A stretch of DNA of 64,000 bases from NCBI GenBank assembly GCA_030390025.1, contig JASTWF010000358.1, positions 248,001 to 312,000 of the forward strand. Direction: 5' to 3'. Position numbers and translations under genes: made by a program. This DNA comes from Squalus acanthias (Eukaryota). This document shows, piece by piece, positions 39,866-49,261 of the stretch. How positions within the stretch are numbered: position 1 is the stretch's first letter; every line of letters starts with the position of its first letter. The notes under the pieces were generated by a model. It worked only from the letters and a program-made list of their open reading frames with translations, was not told where the DNA came from and made no database searches.

Positions 39866-41061
39866 TTACGCGGTGCTTTCATCGTGCACGCGCACGTAAC
39901 GTTCTCGCCACTCTCCCGTGTTTTCGTTCTTGGTGAGGCGTTTGCCTCTCTTACAATGCACGACCAATAAGTATATCACAATAACCACTTGGCATACAAC
40001 TAAAATGTGGGAGGCTATTCTAATCCAGGAAGGCACTTCAATGTTGGTGAACAGATTCCACCACGGTGGAATTACTATGTCCAGAATTTCTGTCCCTATC
40101 TCGACAGTCTTTTGTTCTAGGGTGTAAAAATGTTTTTGCGATACCGCGACGGCTTTCAAAAGCTTTGTGAGGTGTTCAGGGAGAAGGGGAATGAGGTATC
40201 CGAAATGCGCGATGAATCGCTGCAGGTCCGTGAAGTTCTCTTTTACGGTAAGATGAACCGTGGATGGTTCAGGGATCGGGACAATTCGCTGTTGTGCTAC
40301 TTGAACTTCCGCCCTGGGTTTAAAACAGAAACTGCTGTCACTCACCGGACACCGGCTACGGTTTCCATGTTGGTAGTGTTGCGCTGCAGTGGTAACACAA
40401 TATGTTCCACCCCCGATGTATGCTACCTGCGGAGGCACATGATCTTGTGCCATTGCCTCCATGGTGCAATTCATGGGCTTGGCGCCAGCCATTCTGAACC
40501 CGCACTGTGGTGTTAAAAAGGCATTCAAGTGCTGGGGACACAGTATTATGTGTGCTCCCCGGCCACGACAACCAGAGAGATCTGTACCTGTCATCGTTTG
40601 CTCCCAGCGGATGACGTAAGGTGGAACCGCTGCATTGCGAATGTGGGCTCCCCCCTGAATGACACCAATGTTCTCTACCCGATACACCGGGGCGGGCTTT
40701 GCTGTGTCGCCCAAAACCGGCATATGTAATACTATACCCATGATAGTATGGTTTGATCGTCCGCAGTCCACGGGGACTGGGTATGCTTCTGAAGCTAGTC
40801 TGAGCTGGCACGGGTTTAATGCGTTCTGAAAAGGGTGGAGCGCCTGCAGGTGTTTGTTACTTATCCAGGACGGGACCAAACCTTGTTTTAAATCCTCCAA
40901 ATTACTGCGGCCCTCGCCCAGTAACCACGCCCCGTAAAGCACGCACACCTCATTCTGCGCAGCCTGATCGGACGCATTCCGATCTTCCCTAATCAGGGCA
41001 TTTACCGTACGCGCATGTTTCTCTAGTTCAGCTATTATTTCTTTTAAATGGAGAGTCATGG
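39866..41061 (-). pseudogene. env: env of element 1, C-terminal ~397 aa (fusion-subunit ectodomain, TM, tail), cut by element 2 insertion
   Basis: Nearly identical protein to 46644-48056. TM segment IASHILVVCQVVIVIYLLVV. Homology stops exactly at the TGTAG of the next LTR. Confidence 0.9.
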
Positions 41062-41180
41062 TGTAGAATTCGCAATATATCGCGATTTTATTTAATAAGG
41101 AGAAAACACATAGTTTCGTTCAAACAGCTTTTATTTCAGCAGAATGCTGTCAGGTTTCAAAGTGGACACAAGCAGCTTGT

Positions 41181-41669
41181 AAAATGGCCGCCGCACCTCG
41201 TGGCGGAACATTCTAGACTTTTTGACGGGCAGACAAGATGGCGTTCCAATAAACATTTGTGCGAGATCGATTAAGACTCAGCACATTGAAGATAATACAC
41301 GAGACATCATGGGTTTACAGTATACACATAAATACTGAAATCGGTCTCCCAGGTACGAATGAAAGCTATTGTACCAAGTAATCAAGAGCCCATCCAAAGA
41401 CATTAATATGTAAAATCCCAACGACTCTACGATGAGAGAGCCGTTAGCGGGTAGTTACAGAAAACACTTGGAAGCCCAAAACCCCTCCAGGGAGAACACC
41501 GACCGATTAAACAATGGGAGAAATATTAACAGGTACTCAGACATTTACGAGTAGCCCCGAAACCCATTAAAAAACGGAGATCACCCATACAAGACATTTG
41601 AGCGCCAAACCCTAACAAAAGGAAAAGACATTAAGGTTGGGCGGGAAACGGAAGATTTTGTACTATAAT
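41181..41669 (+). promoter_or_regulatory. Putative LTR U3 promoter: YY1-like sites (41181, 41234), E2F-like sites (GCGCCAAA 41602, GGCGGGAAA 41640), TATA-like TATAAT (41664)
   Basis: Motifs match known consensus and are retained (some with single changes) in all four LTRs. Function is inferred. Confidence 0.5.
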
Positions 41670-41875
41670 TACAAGCTCCAACCGTCCATCTCGCTTTTTA
41701 TCTTGCTGGTGTTCATCCTCGTGGCTGCTCCTGTGTTTTTGACTCACCGTCTTGTTCCTGCTTGCCTCGTGTCTCTTTTTAAAAGACTGTTGAACTTTGT
41801 GATCCGCTCGGATCTACCTCGTGTCGGGTCGCGAAGATCTATATTGGTAACCGGTATCGGAACCAAAGGCCCGAG

Positions 41876-41897
41876 AAGAGATGAGATGAGATGAGAT
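41876..41897 (+). repeat. (GAGAT)n pentanucleotide microsatellite inside the LTR (also ~38520, ~45338, ~56392 as TCTCA)
   Basis: Directly visible in all four LTRs with variable copy number and purity. Confidence 0.8.
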
Positions 41898-42424
41898 GGG
41901 AAGAGACGAAGACCATACTTATCGCCACGGTCAGTAAGCCCCGACCGCGCCTGTAGGTCGAATTGACATTTTCCTTGCCAGGAAGACTTCTTTGAACTTT
42001 AAAGAATGGACACCGGAAAATTCTTCTCTTAAGTGTTGACTGGAATGTGAAACCCACCAATACAGATCTTCATGACAGCAGACGTCCCAGCCTGCTAGCC
42101 GGAGCAGAAGCAAGTAAACAAGTGGGGCCAGGAGACCCCCTGATCGACACGTGGGTGCTGCGGTGAAAACATCCGATCAGCTATTCGGAATTTCTCGGAG
42201 TTATCACGAGTGGTGAGCATGAGTCTCGAATCCTACGAATCTAGTTTAGAATAGGTATTGATAGGGGAGGGTTTAAGTATTAAGGATAATTGTAATGTGT
42301 GCCCCCATTTACGGTGTGTCGTTCGTTCCTCGTTTCCCTGAAATCAGTTACATAACTGCGTGTAAGATTGTACTGTCATTAATCTGTGCTTATGACATGT
42401 ATTTCGTAGTCTTAAGTATTATGC

Positions 42425-42430
42425 AATAAA
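42425..42430 (+). terminator. LTR polyadenylation signal AATAAA
   Basis: Conserved GCAATAAAGATTTTCC in all LTRs (also 37981-37986, 44794-44799, 55848-55853 on -). Confidence 0.7.
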
Positions 42431-42677
42431 GATTTTCCATTTCGTATCATTCAACCGAGTCTACCTGAGTTTCATCTCCATTACTGCTCTCGCATCTAAG
42501 TCCAGTGTCTAGAACCGTAAGGGCGAGTGATTCGAACCACTCACAGGTGTGTCTAGTGCTCCCAGACTGGCTGGAGACCAGAACAGGCAACAAGGCCTAA
42601 ACCCGCATTGACATACAGGCTGCACAGAGCCACGCGAATCTCACAGGCTGAGAGACACGTCGAAACCCTTACAGAAA

Positions 42678-44486
42678 ATGGCGACCGCGGCAGGACACTG
42701 GCAGCGAGAGGGTAGTGTGTTAGACTTTGGTGTGACTGTACGAAATGTTATGCAGGAAAAGATAGCAGATTACGTGTTCGGAAAGGTTAATGTAACTAAG
42801 AAATGGATAAGTGAATTGTTAGCGGATAAGAGTCCACTAGAGGCAGCCGAGAGGTGGACAGATAGTAAGGAACATAAAAAGACAATCGAGAAAGCAGTCT
42901 GGCTAATGTGTTACAAAAGGCAGGTCCAGATTTCAAACCAGGCCATTACAGCGCTAACAGCTCGGATCAGGCATTTAGAGGGGGAAATGGATGAGAAGGT
43001 CTCTGGAGGGGAATTACTCATTAGGAATTTAAGTGCGCTGCACCAAGAATGCCAGGACATCTCCAGTCACCATAAAACAAGGATAGATTACCTCGAGTGC
43101 CAGGTCACTGAGGCAAAGTTAAGTGAGGGCAGACTAAAGGAACGATGTGCCCGCCAAGCTGCCCAGATACGAACTCAGGAAGAGAGCTTAACGGGGGTTA
43201 GGGCGGCATATAAGTTGGCCCTTGAGGATAAGTTTCAGGGGGCCGATCATAGCGCCTGCCAAAAAGAGATAGAGCACCTCAAAAAGGCCGTGAACAAAGC
43301 GCACGGCATGGTGTGCCTTATCAGTCCGTCAGCACACCAGCCGCTAGTAAATGAGGAGTTTCAGAAATCCCCACCAAGTAAAGCAGAGGAAGTATTAGCC
43401 ACTGCGCCCTCCGCGCCACCCAGCTATTCGGAAACCTGGGTAAGGGAGGAAGTAGTGGAAGAAACGAAAGAGCCCACTGAGAAAGAAGTGGAAAAGGGAC
43501 CGTTGTATCCAGTTACGGGTATAAAAAGGGGCCCAAACAGAAACGGTGGGGAGGAACCAGGGGATCTCCTCGGCCAGCTTGTGTTGCCTCACAGCTCACA
43601 CCAGCTGAGAGTTATGATAAATCACGTACGGAAGCTGACCGAGACAGACGACCCTTCCGTACATTTCAGAGAAGTTGAGCAAACCGCAGCCATCAACGGC
43701 TGCGATGATGGGGAAACGGCAAAAATGCTGTTGTTTTCGTTAGGCAGTTCAATCCTTCAGTGTCTCTCGGACGAGAGCAAGAGGGGAACCAAGACTTATG
43801 AGGCATTGAAAAATGAGGTCCAAGAAGTGTTGGGGGCGGACGATGAAGGTCCGTTTGCTAGAGTAGGACAGACAGTGCAGATGGAGGGAGAACTCCCGAA
43901 GGTTTTTGCCGACAGGCTGTGGCCAGTATATCAGCGCAGCTGTCCAGGTATGCTAGAGCGCGACGATATGGACGGCGCCGGTTTAAATCATTGGCTTAGG
44001 TGCATAGTAGCCAACAGTTTACCAGCCGTCAGAGAGCAGGCAAAAGCGTGGTTTGACCCCAATGACCCCAACATTACGGAAGAGTCGGTTTTGAATCGAC
44101 TCACGATAGGATATCGCAATATAAGGGGTATGGGAACCCGTCCCCTTAAGGGAAAAGTACATGAGGTACGACCCGCAGCCCCGTATCAAAGGGAGTGGCA
44201 TCAGGAGGGTAATCGCGCCCCGCAGGCAATTAATGCTTGTTACGGGTGTGGGAAGACAGGGCACTGGCGCAAGAACTGTAGGAACCCTTGGAAGGATTCC
44301 AGGGATAAAAATCCCGCAGCCCGAGCCCAGGTGCCTGTCTCTGCTAGGGAAGCTAGTGCACCCACCCCTTCCAACGACCTCGAATCGGTATTGGGAGCCA
44401 TGCGCAACTTCATGAGTGCACATGGAAAGGTGGCGGTTGCTACCGGCCCCGTAGGTGCCGCAGGACCGTCTAACCATACCCAATGA
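42678..44486 (+). CDS. gag: Gag of element 2 (602 aa; true start may be the downstream ATG of MQEK)
   Basis: Intact ORF after LTR/PBS. Coiled-coil-like N-terminal region, PSAPPSY late domain, zinc knuckle CYGCGKTGHWRKNC. Confidence 0.93.
   Translation: MATAAGHWQREGSVLDFGVTVRNVMQEKIADYVFGKVNVTKKWISELLADKSPLEAAERWTDSKEHKKTIEKAVWLMCYKRQVQISNQAITALTARIRHLEGEMDEKVSGGELLIRNLSALHQECQDISSHHKTRIDYLECQVTEAKLSEGRLKERCARQAAQIRTQEESLTGVRAAYKLALEDKFQGADHSACQKEIEHLKKAVNKAHGMVCLISPSAHQPLVNEEFQKSPPSKAEEVLATAPSAPPSYSETWVREEVVEETKEPTEKEVEKGPLYPVTGIKRGPNRNGGEEPGDLLGQLVLPHSSHQLRVMINHVRKLTETDDPSVHFREVEQTAAINGCDDGETAKMLLFSLGSSILQCLSDESKRGTKTYEALKNEVQEVLGADDEGPFARVGQTVQMEGELPKVFADRLWPVYQRSCPGMLERDDMDGAGLNHWLRCIVANSLPAVREQAKAWFDPNDPNITEESVLNRLTIGYRNIRGMGTRPLKGKVHEVRPAAPYQREWHQEGNRAPQAINACYGCGKTGHWRKNCRNPWKDSRDKNPAARAQVPVSAREASAPTPSNDLESVLGAMRNFMSAHGKVAVATGPVGAAGPSNHTQ
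42679..42696 (+). other. Primer-binding site, tRNA-Arg(TCG)
   Basis: TGGCGACCGCGGCAGGAC is the reverse complement of the vertebrate tRNA-Arg-TCG 3' end as I recall it (GTCCTGCCGCGGTCG-CCA). It lies 5 nt after the LTR. Confidence 0.88.
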
Positions 44487-44544
44487 CTAGAGCCCGCGCA
44501 GCCCGTCTACCTGTGTCCGCTCAGCTATGATGCGTGGAAGCGAC

Positions 44545-46191
44545 TGTAAGGGATTCTGACCCTGCGTGTCTCGCAGCCTGTGAGGTTCACGCGGCTCTGT
44601 GCAGCCTGTATGTCAGTGCGGGTCTAGGCCTTGTTGCCTGTTCTGGTCTCCAGCCAGTCTGGGAACACTAGACACACCTGTGAGTGGTTCGAATCACTCG
44701 CCCTTACGGTTCTAGACACTGGACTTAGATGCGAGAGCAGTAATGGAGATGAAACTCATGTAGACTCGGTTGAATGGTACGAAATGGAAAATCTTTATTG
44801 CATGATACTTAAGATTATGAAATACATGTCATAAGCACAGATTAATGACAGTACAATCTTACAAGCAGTTATATAGTCGATCTTAGGGAAACGAGGAACG
44901 AACGGCACACCGTAAATAGGGGCACACATTACAAATATCCTTAATCCTTAAACCCTCCCCTATCAATATCTATCCTAACTAGATTCGTAGGATTTCGAGA
45001 CTCATGCTCACCACTCGTGATAACTCGGAGAAATTCCGAATAGCTGATCGGATGTTTTTCACCGCAGCACCCACGTGTCGGTCAGGAGATCTCCTGGTCC
45101 CACTTGTTTACTTGCTTCTGCTGCTCCGGCTAGCAGGCTGGACCGTCTGCTGTGATGAAGACCTGTGTTGGTTGGTTTAACAGGTACTTTTCCGAGCACA
45201 GTTCAGTTAATATCATCAATGTGATATGTTCTTTGCAAGTTCGAAGAAGTCTTCCTGGCAAGGAAAACTTGGCTGTTCGACCTACAGGCACGGTCGGGAT
45301 TTACTGACCGTGGCGATGGATATGGTCTTCCTCTCTTCTCATCTCATCTCATCTCATCTCATGTCATCTCGGGCCTTCGGTTCCGCTGCCAGTTACCAAC
45401 ATAGGTCTTCGTTACGCGACACGAGGTAGATCCGAATGGATCAGAAAGTTCAACAATCCTTTTCAAAGAGTCAACAGGCAAGCAGGAGCCCGACTACGAG
45501 TACACAGGAGCAGCCACGAGGTTACGAATAAGAGCACAGGAGCAGCCACGATGATAAGAGAGAGATGGACGGTTTGGAGCCTGCAATTATAGTGCAAAAT
45601 CTTCCGTTTCCCGCCCAACCTTAATGTCCATTCTTTTGTTTAAGGTCTGGCGCTCAAATGTCTTGTATGGGTGATCTCCGTTCTTAATGGGTTTCGGGGC
45701 TACTCGTAAGTGTCTGAGTACCTGTTAATATTTCTCCCATTGTTAAATCGGTCGGTGTTCTCCCTGGAGGGGTTGTGGGGCTTCCAAGTGTTTTGTATAA
45801 CTACCTGCTAACGGCTCTCTCATCGTAGAGTCGTTGGGATTTTACATATTAATGTCTTTGGATGGGCCCTTGATTACTCGGTACAATAGCTTTCATCTGT
45901 ACCTGGGAGACCGATTTCAGTATTTATGTGTATACTGCAAACCCATAATGTCTCGTGTATTATCTTCACTGTGCTGAATCTTAATCGATCTTGCACAAAT
46001 GTTTATTGGAACGCCATCTTGTCTGCCTGTTGAAAAGTCTAGAATGTTCTGTCACGAGGTGCGGCAGCCATTTTACAGGCTGCTTGTGTCCACTTTAAAC
46101 CTGGCAGCATTCTGCTGAAATAAAAGCTGTTTGAACGAAACTCTGTGTTTTCTCCTTATTAATAAAATCGCGATATATTGCGAATTCTACA
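44545..46191 (-). repeat. 3' LTR of element 3 (1647 bp)
   Basis: Direct repeat of 55599-57234 with about 15 substitutions, one 13-bp indel and two 1-bp indels. Confidence 0.97.
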
Positions 46192-46202
46192 GTCCCTCCT
46201 GT
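46192..46202 (-). other. Polypurine tract of element 3 (sense ACAGGAGGGAC)
   Basis: Directly upstream of the 3' LTR TG. Confidence 0.8.
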
Positions 46203-46643
46203 TGATGCGAATAACTCCGCTTATCGTATCAAAAATCATAGTGGTGAGCAATATTATCTCGATTTCTCTCCGAATCCAGCAAATTAATCCCATAACTTTA
46301 ACCTAGCTAGGGTCTCTGTGTCGTCCTTATTTCCCAAGAAAATTACATTTTATATCACCGTAGGCATTATTTGCCCTTAAACTTAAACCACTTGTTTTCC
46401 TTCCCGGCGTAACCAGGCCGATGCCTCTCGTATCACCTGTATATTCATCTTTTATTCAGGGAAAGGAAAACCAAAACCCAAAACCAAACAATCATTTTTA
46501 ACTGTATATCACCGTCACCAAAATAATCAACACCAACTCTTAAAACATGTCGAGTTCCCAACGTATTTACAATCTCTGAAAATCATGATCGAGTACAAAC
46601 TTCCGCGGCGCACGTGGCGAGCGGGAGTGACGCCATTTTCCGA

Positions 46644-49131
46644 TCACACGGTGCTTTCACCGTGCACGCGCACGTAACGTTCTCGCCACTCTCCCGTGTT
46701 TTCATGCTTGGTGAGGCGCTTGTCTCTTTTACAATGTACGACCAATAGGTACACTACAATGAAAACTTGGCATACGACTAAAATGTGGGAGGCTATTCTG
46801 ATCCATGAAGGCACTTCAATATTGGTGAACAGATTCCACCACGGTGGAACTACTATATCCAGAATGTCTGTTCCTATTTCGACAGTTTTCTGCTCTAATG
46901 TGTAAAAATGTTTCTGTGACACCGCGACGGCTTTTAAAAGCTTGGTGAGGTGTTCAGGGAGAGGGGGAATGAGGTATCCAAAATGCGCGACGAATCGCTG
47001 CAAGTCGGTGAAATTCTCTTTTACTGTGAGATGAACAGTTGATGGTTCAGGGATTGGGATAATTCGCTGTTGTGCTACTTGAACTTCCGCCCTGGGTTTA
47101 AAACAGAAACTGCTGTCACTCACCGGACACCGGCTACGGTTTCCATGCTGGTAGTGTTGCGCTGCAGTGGTAACACAATATGTTCCACCCCCGATGTATG
47201 CTACCTGCGGAGGCACATGATCTTGTGCCATTGCCTCCATGGTGCAATTCATGGACTTGGCGCCAGTCGTTCTGAACCCGCACTGTGGTGTTAAAAAGGC
47301 ATTCAAGTGCTGGGGGCACAGTATTATGTGTGCTCCCCTGCCACGACAACCAGAGAGATCTGTACCTGTCATCGTTTGCTCCCAGCGGATGACGTAAGGT
47401 GGAACCGCTGCGTAACGAATGTGGGCTCCCCCCTGAATGACACCAATGTTCTCTACCCGATACACCGGGGCGGGCTTTGCTGTGTCGCCCAAAACCGGCA
47501 TGCGTAATACTATTCCCATAATAGTATGGTTTGAACGTCCGCAGTCCACGGGGACTGGGTAAGCTTCTGAAGCTAGCCTGAGTTGGCACGGACTTAATGC
47601 GTTCTGAAAAGGGTGGAGCGCCCGCAGGTGTTTGTTACTTATCCAGGACGGAACCAAACCTTGTTTTAAATCCTCCAAATTACTGCGGCCCTCGCCCAGT
47701 AACCACGCCCCGTAAAGCACGCACACCTCGTTCTGCGCAGCTTGATCGGATGCATTCCGATCTTCCCTAATCAGGGCATTTACCGTCTTTGCATGTTTCT
47801 CCAGCTCTGCTATAATTTCCTTTAAATGGAGAGTCATGGCTTGGTCCTCGTGTAAACCTGACCCTACCACTTTATTCTCATCTGTTAGAATGTCTTTTAA
47901 TTGTGTCTTTAAACCATTAATCTGGGTCTGCAGCTCCACACTGTCTAGAGCGTTGACCACAGATGTACCCGTGTTAAAAGCAGTGAACGCATCGTTCACC
48001 AAACCCCTTCTTTGCCTCCCTGTTTGATTCAAAACTTCCTGTGGTGCGGTGTACAAACTTGTTTTATCAATTTCCGCGAAATCGAATTCGTAAAATTGTC
48101 TGGTACAACTGTTCCGTCTTTTTGGGGCACCACTCTGGTAACCGCACCTTGGTGAGATTTAAAATCACCGAGGCCACCGCGTAATGTACTCCCTGAAATA
48201 GTATCTGGTCTGTGGGGACCAGTACCAAACCATTCCCGGGTCCCTTACTAGTTTTAGGGCACCCTTCTTCCTCAGCTAGAACCACCGGAATCGTGGGCGG
48301 GGCTTTGCGTGGGCGCGTAATGAGCTCAGTGGCATTTACTGGGATCGGGGAGAATGGGGCTCCGCACCCCCTGGTGCTCGCATCCCACCTCATCCCCTGT
48401 CCGTTATCCTGCCATTGATTAATGAACAATATGGAGATGCCTTTGGGGCAAACGTACTTTGACCCCCACATACATACATAAATTCCCTCGTCCGGTTCCC
48501 ACCATTTGTCCCAACAGACTTTCACTTGTCCGTTTGTCCCCGTAATTGTCCGATGGGTATTATTACCCAGTCGTTCCCACTCGACCGAAGAGTTCCTCAT
48601 AGTTTTGCTCAGCTTTCGCAGCCACCACCATCGGCTCAATGGGACATTCCCACTACAAGTCAAACAAATCCGTTTGCCGACGGTGACGCTGATCCTGGGT
48701 GCGATGATCCTTACTTTGGGGCACAGTAAAGAAGTCTCTTTGTAGGCAAACCCCGATGTGCTGGAATACTCCGTTGAGTTCGTTCCCAGCCATCCTGGCC
48801 ACCTTCCCTTGTGGAAATAGGTGCTGGTCTCCTCTGCCTCCCGTCTTCCGGTCCCATCCACCGCGATGGGGGCCGTGTCCCCGGAACATCCAAACACCAC
48901 GACATCCTTGGTGCGGCCTCGATAGGCCAATCCACATCCGATTGCCGCGAGCAATACTAGAATTCGTTCCATCCTTCCTTGGTTCCTGTGATCAGATAGA
49001 ATGAGGTAGCCAGCCTCGCAAGAGTCTCTGGCTTCTGTGAAGGGTGAGCGGGTCCCCTGACCTCGCCTCACGTAAACTTCCACGTTCGCTGTATAAACTT
49101 TAACTAAACCTAACTTTAAAGCTCCCATCAT
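46644..49131 (-). pseudogene. env: env of element 3, frameshifted by a 23-bp deletion near 48100 (ORF-track pieces 48067-49155 and 46644-48056)
   Basis: Signal peptide MERILVLLAAIGCGLA (ATG 48972), furin site RQRR 48006-48017, fusion peptide, heptad region, TM. Element 2 has GTCCTGTTGACCAAGATGTTCAG at the break point and is in one frame. Confidence 0.92.
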
Positions 49132-49261
49132 TTTATCGTTTTCTGTTAAAAACACTACAATCTTAACCTTATTAAAAAAAATATAAACTTAACCTTGAAC
49201 TATTAACTTAAAACTTAAAACTTATAACTTTACAGTGCCGCCCGTTCTCAGGGCGGCCCCT

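Larger units (their letters stand above)
37764..41061 (-). mobile_element. ERV-like element 1 (outermost): 3' LTR, PPT, 3' UTR and 3' half of env; interrupted by element 2, remainder outside the window
   Basis: LTR begins abruptly after satellite ...ATAAAGAGGC. env and UTR are homologous to element 3. Confidence 0.92.
41062..42673 (+). repeat. 5' LTR of element 2 (1612 bp; TGTAG...CTTACA)
   Basis: TGTA/TACA inverted termini, followed by PBS. Reverse-complement homologue of the other LTRs. Confidence 0.95.

Noticed and set aside
42679..42696. tRNA gene
   Set aside because: Only the 18-nt complement of a tRNA 3' end including CCA; it is a PBS.
48067..49155. Separate accessory gene between pol and env
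   Set aside because: It is the 5' half of env. Element 2 shows one continuous frame, and the split is due to a 23-bp deletion.
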